Shown: piece by piece, positions 1-13,332 of the stretch
How the letters are laid out: each line of letters begins with the position of its first letter
How positions within the stretch are numbered: the stretch's first letter is position 1
NCBI GenBank assembly: GCA_951406725.2
Contig: OX597837.1
Location: 45,632,001 to 45,696,000, forward strand
Direction of reading: 5' to 3'
Origin: Octopus vulgaris
Lineage: Eukaryota
Length of the DNA: 64,000 nucleotides
Made by a program: the position numbers and the translations under genes
The notes under the pieces: model-generated
What the model was told of the DNA's origin: nothing
The model's input: the letters and a program-made list of their open reading frames with translations, nothing else
Database searches by the model: none

Positions 1-38
1 CACACATATATATACACACACATATATATATATACACG

Positions 39-72
<34 letters not shown>

Positions 73-639
73 CACACACACATGCATATGCAGGGATATA
101 TCAGTACTTACAGGCATAATTACATAGATAGATGCAGATACACACACACACATACATATATACTTATATACATTCACATATTCACACAGAGACTTACACT
201 GAAATACATATATATATATACATACATACATACATCCACACATGCAGACATACACACACACGTATATCTACATGCATACAAGAACACATATACACATGCC
301 TATGTATTCATAAACACAAATATCCACAAATACACATGCATACACATTCCTATACACAAATAAACATATACACCTATCTACGCATATATACACACATGTA
401 GATACACCGAAGGAAAAAAAGAATTAGCGTCTCCATTATTAATTGAAATGAAAAGTTTTTAATCAACGAAGAGGTTTTAAGACAATTAACAAATGGTGGC
501 TTCGTCTCGTTACCTTCTTCCTCTTCTTCTTCTTTAAACTTTTGTACACACATACACATGTATATGGACAGATACGCACATGCACACACATACACATGTA
601 TGCACAGACACAGACTCCTACATGTGAAGACACATAATT

Positions 640-1180
640 TAGGTAGAGAGAGAGAGAGAGAGAGACAATGAGGGAGGGAGACAGAGAAACAGAGAGAGAG
701 GAGAGAGAGAATGAGGGAGACAGACAGAGAAACAGAGAGAGAGAGAGACACACATGGTGTGAGAGAGAAGTAGTGAGAGAGGAGAAAATGAGAGAGAAAT
801 AGGGAGAAAGAGAGAGAGAGGGGGGTGAAAGACTGTGAGAGAAAGAGTGAGAAGTAATCAGAGAGAAAGAGAGAGAGAAGCAGTGTGAGTGTGTGAGGGA
901 GTGAGAAAAAGAGAGTGTGAAAGAGAGACTCGTAGTGTAAGAGAAAGACAGAGCATGTGAGAGAAACATGTAGGTAACATGTGTGAGATTTAATGAGACA
1001 GAGAGAGAAAGAGACAGAGAGGGAGAGAGAAGCTGTGAGAGAGAGAGAGACAGAGAGAGAAAGACAGAGAGACATAGTGTAGGAGAAAGGCAGAGCATAT
1101 ATGAGAGACGGAAAGAGAGCATGTGTGTGAGAGAATGAGAGAGAGAGAGAGAGTATATTGAGAAAAAGAGAGAGAGAAAA
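640..1180. repeat. (GA)n-rich low-complexity tract
   Basis: Directly visible; similar tracts at 4940-5165, 55060-55380 and 57680-58050. Confidence 0.95.
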
Positions 1181-1585
1181 GGGGGTGGGACAGCAAGGTG
1201 AGGGGGGTGACCTAAAGTAGAGGTGAGACATTAAATGAACAATGGAATAATTGGAAGACGAAAAGAGAATCTGTTGTTTCACTTTGTTGAAGATGTCAAA
1301 CAAAAGATTAGTCAAAAGACGAACAAGTCTCTCCATTGTGTGGGGGCTGCTCTGACCTGCTGGAAATAGCAGTCAAAACACCCCTCTGATGCTTTCTTCT
1401 TTGGAAACAAGACAGGAGAAGAGAGAAAAAGAGAGAGATACACTGGACAAAGTAGTCGTAGATGTCTTGGAAAATAATGGGATTTTCATGGATGTGTTGT
1501 GTGTGTGAGTGGTGGGGAAGAGCAGAGAGGAAAGACTGCTCAATCAGGACTGATCTTGATGTAAACAACTAAAACAACAACAATA

Positions 1586-1619
<34 letters not shown>

Positions 1620-1687
1620 CTCAACAACAACCAGAAGAACCTATGAAGGCTGTTTCGTGACAGGTGGTGCCAGCACAGGTGCCTTTA

Positions 1688-2273
1688 CGGTGGCAAGCTG
1701 GTAGAAACGTTAGCATGCCTGGCGAAATGTGTAGCCATATTTCGTCTGCCGCTACGTTCTGAGTTCAAATTCCGCCAAACTCGACTTTGCCTTCCATCCT
1801 TTCAGGGCCGATAAATTAAGTACCAGTTACGCACTGGAGTCGATATAATCGACTTAATCCGTTTGTCCCCTCTGTGTGTAGCCCCTTGTGGGCAGTAAAG
1901 AAATAGGTATTTCGTCTGCCATTACATTCTGAGTTCAAATTCCGCCGAGGTCAACTTTGCCTTTCATCCTTTCGGGGTCAATTAAATAAGTACCAGTTAC
2001 GCACTGGGGTCGATATAATCAACTTAATCCGTTTGTCTGTCCTTGTTTGTCCCCTCTGTGTGTAGCCCCTTGTGGGGAGTAAAGAAATAGGTATTTCGTC
2101 TGCCATTACATTCTGAGTTCAAATTCCGCCGAGGTCAACTTTGCCTTTCATCCTTTCGGGGTCGATAAATTAAGTACCTGTTACGCACTGGGGTCGATAT
2201 AATTGACTTAATCCATTTGTCTGTCCTTGTTTGTCCCCTCTGTGTTTAGCCCCTTGTGGGCAGTAAAGAAATA
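1688..2273 (+). mobile_element. tRNA-derived SINE family A, head plus three tandem body units
   Basis: A/B-box-like head (gctggtagaa...gagttcaaattcc), then a ~170-180 bp unit tatttcgtctgcc...gcctttcatcctttcggggtcga...taaagaaata repeated three times. Many dispersed copies in the window. Confidence 0.85.
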
Positions 2274-2360
2274 ACATGTGGCACCAGCATGTGTGCTCCT
2301 TACATGGCTCCCGCAAATGGTGTTCCTTACATGGCACCAGCACAAGTGCTTTTTACAATA

Positions 2361-2750
2361 TAGAGGGTGGCCCATAATAATGGGACACATTTCAAATGCT
2401 AGTGTCTTGGATTATAAAAATGTCATAGAGTACCAAGTATATTTATTACATAACTGATATACAGGAATTCGACATATTATCTAAGATCTGAATATTTTTT
2501 ACAGGTAGTTGGTGTTGGTGGCACTCATAATGTCATGGACTCCAAAAGAAATTGCAGACATGGGCAAAGCAAACTTCACCAGCCAAAGATCCATCATTGC
2601 AGCCCAAAGAAAATTCTGATAGCATTTTCAAAAGCAACAGAGCACCATCCCAAAAGGTAATCCTGCATGCGGTTGCAAACATGCATGAGACAAGCAATGC
2701 CGAGGAAGAAAAATCCCCAGGTTGGCTTTGAACGTCTCTATAAAAATAAA
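2361..2750 (+). mobile_element. Tc1-like transposon relic
   Basis: tagagggtggcccataa TIR-like start and a decayed transposase N-terminus (MSWTPKE...). Confidence 0.45.
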
Positions 2751-2755
2751 ACTAC

Positions 2756-2793
<38 letters not shown>

Positions 2794-3734
2794 CTTTTCT
2801 ACTACAGGCACAAGGCCTGAAATTTGGAGGAGAGGGATAGTCAATTATATCGACCCTAGTATTTCACTGGTACTTAATTTATTGACTCAAAAAAGATGAA
2901 AGGCAGAGAGTCGACCTCAGTGCAATTTGAACTCAGAATGTAGCGACAGGCAAAACACCACTAAGCATTTCGTCCAACATGCTCATGATTCTGCCATGTC
3001 GCCCCCTTAATAATAATAATGATAATAATAATATATCTTTATAAATGGGTTTTTTTCTGTTCTCTCTTTCAAAAAAGTTAAATTGCACAAATGATTGAAC
3101 ACATCACAAAAATGTCTTTGAAAGGTTTGGCAATGTTAAATCCATCAGAGATTATGAAGAGGGTTTAGGAAATTTCCATCTTAATAACATGTTTGATGCC
3201 AACCCATCCAGTCCCACCCACCCCAATTAAATAATACAAACCCTCAGGTCTAAAGTGAGTGAAACTAAACGATTCCATCGAAATTTTTCAAACATCAGCT
3301 TAATAATGATAAAGTCATTTTAACAAAATTCTTCGTTATTTTGAAGATTAATTAAAACAAGAGAAGTGCATTTCGCTAGAAATATGCCAACAAAACAGTA
3401 AACCGAAACCTTGATTAGACTAAATGCCTTTAGAATTCCATATTAAAAAGGTAATCCTTTCTTGTAGGAACCCCTTATCTCTGACAGATGCCACGGTATT
3501 TTGAATATGTCACATGTCTTTCATCTTTTATTTGTTCCAGTCATTAGTTTATGGCCATGCTGGGGCACTGCCTTGAAGAACTTTAGCTTTTTTCTTTTAA
3601 GCCCGGTACTTATTCTATCGGTCTTTTTTGCTGAACCACTAAGTTACAGGGATGTAAACACACCAACACCTGGTGTCAAGTGGTGATGGTGGTGGTGGTG
3701 GTGGTAACACAGAAACGAAGATATATTCTTTAAT

Positions 3735-4133
3735 TCTTTTATTCGTTTCAGTCATTTGACTGTGGCCATGCTGGAGCACCGCCTTTTAGTTGAGCAAATC
3801 AACCCCAGGACTTATTCTTCATAAGCCTAGTACTTATTCTATCAGTCTCTTTTGCCAAACCGCTAAGTTACGGGGACATAAACACACCACCATCGGTTGT
3901 CAAGCGATGTTGGAGGGACAAACACACACACAAACATATACACACACACACACACACACATATATACAATGTGCTTCTTTCAGTTTCCGTCCACCAAATC
4001 CACTCACAAGGCTTTGGTCGGCCTTGTGACCAAATAATAGAAGACACTTGCCCAAGGTGCCACGCAGTGGGAATGAACCCGGAACCATGTGGTTGGTAAG
4101 CAAGTTACTTACCACACAGCCACTCCTGCACCT
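3735..4133 (-). mobile_element. SINE family B
   Basis: Reverse complement of the family B consensus. Confidence 0.82.
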
Positions 4134-5380
4134 ACAACTGGTATTAATTTATCAACTCCAACAGAATGAAAGGCAAAGTCGACTTTAGCAGAATTTGAAC
4201 TCACAAAGTAAGGATGGACGAAAAGCCACTAAGCATTTTGGCCATTATGCTAACAATTCTGTCAATTTGCCGCCTTATCCCAAAACTAATGTTGATTTCA
4301 AATTTTGGCCCAAGGCCAATAATTTTGGGAGAGGCGTGAAGTCGATTACATTAACCCTAGTGTTCAACTGGTACTTAATTTTATCAACCCCGAAAGGATG
4401 AAAGGCAAAGTTGATCTCAGAAGAATTTGAACTCAGAATGTAAAGACAGATAAAATATCACTAAGTAGTTTGTCTGGCGAGCAAAGAATTCTACCAGCTC
4501 ACCACCATATTGTCTTTACTAATACTAGTTTCAAATTTTGGCACAAGGCCAGTAATTTCAGGGGAGGGGTAACTCAATTCGATTGACCTCAATTTTGAAC
4601 TGATGTTTATTTTATCGAACCTGAGAGGATATAAATCAAAGTCGACCTCCGCAGAATTTGAACTCAGAACATAAGGACAGATGAAATGTTGCTGAACAAT
4701 TTGCCTGGCATAATTATGGTAGCTCACTGACTAATTACTATTATTAATATTATAATTCAATTAGGGAGCATTAGTGTTGCTAATTGATATTACATTTCAT
4801 TAATGCTGTACAAATTCACTTATTGTAGACTTGTGCACTTGGTCTAACGAGGGATAGATCTAGGGCAGACTTAGGGGCTTTAATTAAACTAGGGTTATAT
4901 TCGGTTCATTAACACAGTAGAAACAAATTAAGGATAACAAGAGAGAGAGAGAGAGAGAGAAATAAGAGAAAGAGAGAGTGAGAAGGGCAAGGACAAGTGA
5001 GAGAGGGAGAGAGAGAGACAGTGATAGGAGAGAGAGAAAATAAAGAGAGAGAAAGCTGTGAAAAAGGAAGAGAGAAATAGAGGGAGAGATGGAAAGAGAG
5101 AGAGAGACAGACAGATAGATAAAAAGAAGAGGAAGAGGAAAGAGAAGAGGGAAAAAGACAGAGAAATGGAATGACATTGATCATAGGGTTGCTCAATCAA
5201 GGACGACTTAGGGTTAAACAGCAACTAGTGATCATATGAGCAGTAGTGGTGGTGGTGGCAAGAGTGGTTGTAGTAGTAATGGTGATGGAAGTAGTAGTAG
5301 TAGCAGCAGCAGTAGTAGTAGTTGTAGTAATAGTAGTAGTAGTTGTAGCAGTAGTAGCGGTAGTAGTAGCAGTAGTTGTT

Positions 5381-5418
<38 letters not shown>

Positions 5419-5433
5419 TGTTGTTGTTGTTGT

Positions 5434-5497
<64 letters not shown>

Positions 5498-5515
5498 ATA
5501 GTGAAAGTCACTCAC

Positions 5516-5592
5516 CTGTCTCATGTTGAAAATGAGTGTATCACTGATGACCATTGGCCAGTATCTAGTCATTCGTTCAATGTGTTTCTTGG
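5516..5592 (-). CDS. INTS13: INTS13 internal exon (last in window), 77 nt, phase 1-0
   Basis: catccag acceptor, CAG|gtgagt donor. Translates (A)KKHIERMTRYWPMVISDTLIFNMRQ (human AKDQLEKHTRYWPMIISQTTIFNMQ). The phase joins the previous exon. Confidence 0.93.
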
Positions 5593-6070
5593 CTGGATGG
5601 TCATGGGTGGATGGGTGTGTGTGGCAGCATGGAGAGAAAATTTAAAAAAAGCAATGACAAAACAATTTTAAAACAAATTCAAATATAATAAATAAAAATA
5701 GATAAATAAATAAATGAACTACAAGAACATAATCATGAATACAAGCAGCCGAAATGGGGTACCCCCTTAAGGATCTCTAGGGTAACATCCTTCGACAGGG
5801 TGCATAGGTCAGAGGGGTCTCTCCTGTTCAAGCTGTTACTGCTTCACAATGAGAGGTCACAGCTCTGGTACTACAGACATGGGAGTACATCATTGCAGGA
5901 AAAAATTCCATGACAGATTCTTCGAGCCAAGCCAGCAGACTAGGACTATATGTTCCAATATCTCATCTAAGACACAGGATTGGCTGTGTGGTAAAAAGTT
6001 TGCTCCCTAACTACATGGTTCTGGGTTCAGTCCCACTCTGTGGCACCTTGGGCAAGTGTCTTCTACTATA

Positions 6071-6318
6071 TATTTCTTTATTGCCCAAAGAGGGGACAAA
6101 CAAGGACAGACAAAGGGATTAAGTCGATTACATTGACCCCAGTGCGTAACTGGTACTTTATTCAGTGTTTCACTGGTACTTAATTTATCAACCTCGAAAG
6201 GATGAAAGGCAAAGTCAACCTCGGCGGAATTTGAACTCAGAACGTAACGGCAGACGTAATACGAACAAGCATTTCACCCGGCGCGCTAACGTTTCTGCCA
6301 GCTCACTGCCTTTTAATA
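6071..6318 (-). mobile_element. SINE family A (reverse) inserted into a SINE family B copy
   Basis: TSD gtcttctactata at 6058-6070 and 6319-6331; reverse complement of the family A consensus. Confidence 0.85.
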
Positions 6319-7066
6319 GTCTTCTACTATAGCCTAGGGCCGACCAAAGCCTTGTGAGTGGATTCGGTAGATGGAAACTGAAAGAAGCCTGTCATATATA
6401 CATGTATTTATATGTGTATGTGTCTTTGTATCTACTTGACAACTGGTATTGGTGTGTTTACTTCCCCATGACTTAGTGGTTTGGCAAAAGAGACTGATAG
6501 AACAATTACCAGGCTTATACAAAATGTGCCTGGATCAATTCTTTCTGCTAAAGTTCTTCAAGGCAAGTGGTTAGAAAGTTACAGGAGAGAATCCTAACAC
6601 AGGTTCTTCAAGCTGAGACCAAGGGGCAGAACAAGAACAAGATGGATGGAGAATATCCAAAGTCTAATGATGGTTGCATCTGATAGGAACCTTATAGAAG
6701 AGGAGCCTGAGGATTCTACCACTCTTCGACACTCCCAGGAAGAATGGGAAGCAAACATGGATGGATGGATATTTTTCTCTCTTCTTTCTCTGTCTTGCAC
6801 ATTACTCAGCAACCTTCCTTGAGTCCATCACCATAACCTTGCCAAAGCAGGCTCAATGTCTCTGTAGCAGACTCCCCAAGTTTAACGTAAAGTTTCACAT
6901 TGGCTCTTTGTTCCAGCTTCCTGTCCATCACAAAAATCACAGACTAAAGCATACACATGGATCACAAATCACAAATTTCACAACCTGCAAAGTAAACACA
7001 ACAATGTCACTTGGCACACTGCCTCATGAAGGTCACCACTATCCCTTATTGCGCATGCAACTGCGT

Positions 7067-7082
7067 GCTGCCATCTGTTGGC
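7067..7082 (-). promoter_or_regulatory. Candidate CTCF-like motif (with adjacent tgcgcatgca NRF1-like palindrome)
   Basis: Minus strand gccaacagatggcagc is one mismatch from CCASYAGRKGGCRS. Motif match only. Confidence 0.3.
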
Positions 7083-7291
7083 ATGCTACAGAACTAGTCC
7101 GGGAAATTTTTGATACCACCTCATATATTTTAGGAGCTGGCACAACTGTGTGATAATAAAATGGTTTCCCAGCCACACGGTTCAGGTTTCAGTCCTGATG
7201 CATGGAACCTTGGGCAAGTATCTTCTACTACAGTCTTGGACTGACCAAAGCCCTGTGAGAGGATTAGGTAGACAGAAACTGAAAGAAGCCC

Positions 7292-7525
7292 TAAGGTGGT
7301 GAGCTGGCAGAAGCGTTAGCATGCCGGGCGAAATGCTTAGCGGTATTTCGTCTGTCTTTATGTTCTGGGTTCAAATTCCAGTGAGGTTGACTTTACCTTT
7401 CATCCTTTCGGGGTCGATAAATTAAGTACCAGTTATGCACTGGGGTCAATGTAATCAATTTAATCCCTTTGTCTGACCTTGTTTGTCCCCTCAATATTTA
7501 GCCCCTAGTGGGCAATAAAGAAATA
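7292..7525 (+). mobile_element. SINE family A inserted into a SINE family B copy
   Basis: 18-bp TSD agaaactgaaagaagccc at 7274-7291 and 7526-7543. Confidence 0.9.
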
Positions 7526-7986
7526 AGAAACTGAAAGAAGCCCATAGTATGTGTGTGTGTCCTCCACTATACTGCTTGACAACCAGTGTTGGTTTGGTTA
7601 CATCCCTGAAACTTAACGGTTTGACAAAAGAGACTGATAAAATAAGTACTAGGCCTTAAAAAAAGTGCTGGGGTCGATTCATTCGACTGAAAATTCTTCA
7701 AAGCACTGCTGTAGCATGGTTGCAGTCAAATAACTGAAACGAGTAAAAGAATAAAAGAAAGACAAAAGATACATATATACGATGGGCTTCTTTCAGTTTC
7801 CTTCTACCAAATTCACTTGCAAGCATTAGTCAGCTAAGGCTATAGTGGGAGACATTTGACCAAGGTACCATGCAGTGGGACTGAACCCCAAACCACATGG
7901 TCATAAATGGAACCCCTTAACCAGACAGCTGTGCCTAATTAGAGTTGATCGTATTGATTGATTTTGTTAATTATTTGATTACTCAC

Positions 7987-8074
7987 CTCTTTGTATTGCA
8001 AGAAGCCCATTCTCTGGACTTGGAACAGTAGAGATTGGTGCCAACCGATTTTCTTTCATAAATTCACCAAAATC
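7987..8074 (-). CDS. INTS13: INTS13 internal exon, 88 nt, phase 0-1
   Basis: cttcttcttcag acceptor, G|gtgagt donor. Translates DFGEFMKENRLAPISTVPSPENGLLAIQR (human DFGEFMRENRL). Confidence 0.94.
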
Positions 8075-8283
8075 CTGAAGAAGAAGAAGAAAAGGAAAAG
8101 AGGTAAGAAAGAAGAAGAGAGAGAGAGAGAAATTTTCAAAGTTATTGATTTTAAATGGAAGTGAGATAAGAATAAACAAAAAAAAATGAATATTCTAGAA
8201 GTTACATGTCTTGAAATTTTAAAATATATTGATAGACAAACTCATAGATACATATACATTTACCAGACACAGATATATATATA

Positions 8284-8334
<51 letters not shown>

Positions 8335-8355
8335 ATATGTATGTAAGTATGTACC

Positions 8356-8388
<33 letters not shown>

Positions 8389-8969
8389 TCATCATTGTTT
8401 AACATCCGTTTTCCATGCTAGCATGGGTTGGACGGTTTGACTCGGGTCTGGGAAGCCAGGAGGCTGCACCAGGCTCCAGTCTGATCTGGCAGTGTTTCTA
8501 CAGCTGGATGCCCTTCCTAACACCAACCACTCCGTGAGTGTAGTGGGTGCTTTTTACGTGCCACCGGCACAGGGGCCAGATGAGGCTGGCAAACGGCCAT
8601 GATCAGTTGGTGCTTTTTACGTGCCACCAGCACGGAAGCCAGTCAAGTCAGAGCTGGCATATATATATATGCATACACATTCACATATATGACATACACA
8701 AACACACACATACACAGAAACACACACATGTATGTTTGTGTGTGTGTGTGTTTGTGTAAGCACATGTATACAAGTGTGAGTTTGTATGTGCATGTATGTA
8801 TGTAAATGTATGTATACACACACACACACATACATATACACACACTGACCCATTAATTGCTCTAAGTGCCTGTGTAGACACAGACAGACAGACAGACGGA
8901 GGGTCCCACTCACCCCCAAGCTATCAAAACATCCAGGATCCAAGAGTTGCTCACATACATATGCACTCA

Positions 8970-9006
<37 letters not shown>

Positions 9007-9225
9007 CTGATTTCAAATTTTGACACAAAGCCAGCAATTTTGGCGGAAGGGTGTAGATTAATTGCTCCAGCTCCAGTGTTCAACTGGTACTTATTTTATC
9101 AATCTCAAAAGGATGAATGGTAAAGATGCCCTCGGTGGAATTTGAACTCAGAATGTAAAGACAGATGAAATGCCATTAAGAATTTTGCCCACCATGCTAA
9201 CAACTCTGCCAGCTTGCTGCTTTAT

Positions 9226-9636
9226 ATACTCTTTTACTTGTTTCAGTCATTTGACTGCAGCCATGCTGGAGCACCGCCTTTTAGTTGAGCAAATCGACCC
9301 CAGGACTTATTCTTTGTAAGCTCAGTACTTATTCTATCGGCCCCTTTTTTGCCGAACCGCTAAGTGACGGGGACGTAAACACACCAGCATCGGTTGTCAA
9401 GCAATGCTAGGGGGACAAACACAGACACACAAACACACACACACACACATACATATATATATAGATATACATATATACGACAGGCTTCTTTCAGTTTCCG
9501 TCTACCAAATCCACTCACAAGGCATTGGTTGGCCCGGGGCTATAGCAGAAGACACTTGCCCAAAGTGCCACGCAGTGGGACTGAACCCGGAACCATGTGG
9601 TTGGTTAGCAAGCTACTTACCACACAGCCACTCCTG
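9226..9636 (-). mobile_element. SINE family B
   Basis: Reverse complement of the family B consensus. Confidence 0.85.
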
Positions 9637-9768
9637 TCGTACATAATATGTACATATTATTGAAAGATATTTTTAAATGGTTTTCTGAGGGGAAAATGTC
9701 TGATGCTGTGCATGTAAACACAATGCAATGATATGGGAATAAAGTAAGAAACCATAAATTTATCATAT

Positions 9769-10152
9769 ACTAGCAGTATAGCCCGGCGTTGCTCGGGTTT
9801 GTTTCGACCCTTTAGAATTGGAATTTTTGAAAAGTAAAAATTTTGCATTATGTAGCTTGTTATTCTCTTTAAGTGAACATTTTTCTGGTTGAAATACACC
9901 GAAAAATGGCGACACAGCAGTCAAATAATCGTAAAAAATAGGGATTTTTATAGAAAAAAAGCACCTTTTTGATGTAAATAATTTTTGGTGTTTAACATGG
10001 TCTGATTTGAATTTTTTCTTCTACGGAATGAAGAGCAAGAATTCTATCATACTCTCAATTTTGGTCAACTTGCGCCGCAGAGTCTCGGAGAAGATAGTGT
10101 TAGTTGAAGGCTACCAAACCTGCCACACACAGACAACTTCAGCTTTATATAG
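9769..10152. mobile_element. Helitron/Helentron-like non-autonomous element
   Basis: Begins actagcagtatagcccggcgttgctcggg (CTAG end plus a subterminal GC hairpin) and ends in tatatagagag. Confidence 0.55.
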
Positions 10153-10375
10153 AGAGAGAGATAAACTATGTCATACAAACACTGCACTTCAGCTCTATCT
10201 TCTTTTGAGATCAGTTGTGTTGGTGTTTATGATTTGGTCGAGAGAATTGTCATAAAAGATGTGAAACTAGTTTGTTGTCTTTTGACAATGACATTTTGTG
10301 TTATTCTGATTGGCCTTGAGGTTGGTGTGTCAGCATTTAGGTTCCGTTGTCATCCATTCATTGCAAATAGCAGAC

Positions 10376-10750
10376 AGGTGCAGGAGTGGCTGTTTGGTAA
10401 GGAGCTTGCTTACAAACCACATGGTTCTGGGTTCAGTCCCACTGGATGGCACCTTGGGCAAGTGTCTTCTACTATAGCCTTGGGCTGACCAAAGCCTTGT
10501 GAGTAAATTTGGTAGACAGAAACTGAAAGACTCTCATAATATATATATATGTGTGTGTATATGTTTGTGTGTCTGTTTGTCCCTCCACCACTATTGCTTG
10601 ACAACCGATGTTGGTGTGTTCGGCAAAAGAGATCGATAGAATAAGTACTAGGCTTACAAAGAATAAGCCCTGGGGTTGATTTGCTCAACTCATGGCGGTG
10701 CTCCAGCATGGCCACAGTCAAATGACTGAAACAAGTAAAAGAATAAAAGA
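10376..10750 (+). mobile_element. SINE family B
   Basis: Same consensus, with a small internal deletion. Confidence 0.8.
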
Positions 10751-11259
10751 ATTCCTTTCATCTTTGTAGGAGAATTTGCATTTAGATAATTAACAAATGT
10801 TTCCTAAAGGTCACACTGCCATTAAATAAGGTAAGATAATTATCAGGTGTGGGTGGTGTCTGCAGGGGAATGAGATGTAATGAAACGGTGTGATGTTTCC
10901 ACATAACTACTGACATTCTGTAAGCTATTTTCATAAGTTTGATATTTCGTAAGATTGTGATATTTTGGCTTGTTTGCGATATTTAATTATCAGAGACAAT
11001 TACTGTGCCAAGCAGACATGTTTATCCAGCTCCTGAGCCTCCAGCACTGCCATTTCTAGCATGATTAGAGACCATGTAGAAGCTTCATAATTGTTTGGTG
11101 CAGATGGGGAATATTGAATTTCCTTCTGTGCACCTGTAGTCCTAGATTAATGGTAGGTTAACAAGGGATTTAATCTCTTTTGAAATCCGGATCTTAATCC
11201 AGAGGTTTTGGGATGCTAAACTCTATAAATTACATAAGAATAGTTGCAGGATGTGAAAG

Positions 11260-11590
11260 TGTATGGTTCAGTGGTTAGAATGTTGGACTCACAATCATGA
11301 GGTACTGAGTTCAATTCCAGGACCAGGCTGTGTGTTGTGTTCTTGAGCAAGACACTTGATTTCATGATGCTCCAGTTCACTCAAGTTGTGACATCACTGG
11401 TGCCAAGTTGTATCGGTCTTTGCATTTCCTTTGGATGACATCAGTGGCAGGGAGAGGGGAGGCTGGTACGCATGGGTTGCTGCTGGTCTTCCATAAACAA
11501 CCCTGCCTGGACTTGTGCCTCAGAGAGGAACTTTCTAGGAGCAATCCCAATGGTCATTCAAGACCGAACGGGTCACCCTCACCCTTTTAC
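11260..11590 (+). mobile_element. Degenerate tRNA-derived SINE
   Basis: tggttcagtggttaga...gagttcaattcc head followed by the tcttgagcaagacactt core-like block. Confidence 0.65.
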
Positions 11591-12289
11591 CTGGTCATCT
11601 TTTATTTGTTTCAGTCATTGGACCGTGACCATGCAAGGGAACCACCTTGAAGAATTTTCACTTGAATGAATAAACTCCAGTACTTATTTTTTTTTAAAGC
11701 CTGGTATGTATTCTATTGATCTCTTTTGCCAAACTGCTAAGTAACAGGAATGTAAATGCACCAGAACTGGTTGTCAAACAGTGAGAAGAGACAGACACAA
11801 AGACACACGCATATGCATATACACATGCACACACACACACATACACACACATACGCACACACACATGGTGGGTTTCTTTCAGTTTCGCTATACCAAATCC
11901 ACTCCCAAGGCTTTGGCCAGCCCAAATCCACAGAAGCAGACACATGTCCAAGATGCCACACAGAGGGACTCGATCCAGAACCCTGTGGTTGAGAGGCAAG
12001 CTTCTTACCACACAGCCACTCCTGCATGTAGCTGGCTTTTTAATATCAAGTACCGAGATTCTTGAAAGTATATGTCTCTCTCTCTCTCTCTCTAACTCAC
12101 TCTCTTTCTCTCTCTCTCACTTACTCTCTTTTTCTTTACACACACACATACATAATTACATGCACCCATAGGAATATATATGTATAGTTAAAAATACATA
12201 AATACACACACACACACATACATTATAGACAGATACAAACACATACTCATATATATACATCATGTGTGTTTCTATATACATACACACAT

Positions 12290-12350
<61 letters not shown>

Positions 12351-12433
12351 TATCATGAATGTGTGTATACATACACATGCACATACGATGACACAGATAT
12401 ATTATACACACTGACATTCACTTCCACACACAC

Positions 12434-12565
<132 letters not shown>

Positions 12566-12584
12566 TTATATATATATATGTATA

Positions 12585-12646
<62 letters not shown>

Positions 12647-12799
12647 GTTCATGTTTATCCTGTTATACATCCATGGATTTACCTGAAGCTATAATTATGT
12701 GCATCAACTGCAATAAATCTGCATAAAACCAGTGCATTTAACAACTTTGAATTCATTATTCCAAAGTATTTACTGAGCACTTTAAAAGTCCATCAATGC

Positions 12800-13293
12800 A
12801 TCCACCAAAACACCACCACTACCACCACCACCACCACCACCCTACCATCACCACCACCACCACAACCACACCCTACCATCACCACCACCACCACCACCGC
12901 CGCTGCCACCACCACCACCATCACCACTACCATCACCCCCACCACCACAGCCGCCACCGCCACAACTGTAATCACCATGAACATCACCACCACCATGACC
13001 ACAACCACCACACCCTACCATCACCACCACTACCACTACTACTACTCCACTGCTACTATCACCACCACCATCATCACCACTGCCACTATGAGCACCGCCA
13101 TCGCCATCACCATCGCTGCCGCCACTACCACTGTTACTACCACCAACACTACCACCCCAATCATCACTACACTGGCTATTAATGCTGTGATTATAACATC
13201 ATAACATCTACCATTATCCACTGCTTATACCATCACCTATACCACCCTTACCACAACAACACTGCCATTACTAGAACCACCACCACCACTACC

Positions 13294-13332
<39 letters not shown>

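Noticed and set aside
1270-1390. H/ACA snoRNA-like layout on minus (hairpin-ACACAA-hairpin-ACA)
   Set aside because: No pseudouridylation pocket in the first hairpin and a poor upper stem in the second.
1308-1568. 86-aa minus-strand ORF that could be a terminal INTS13 exon in phase with NMRQ
   Set aside because: It has no resemblance to the conserved INTS13 continuation, and its 5' part is a common repeat tail also seen at 5170-5230. An alternative last exon cannot be fully excluded.
5208-5216. TAACCCTAA on minus, like a telomerase RNA template
   Set aside because: It lies in a ~60-bp repeat-tail fragment between microsatellites, with no pseudoknot or H/ACA context.
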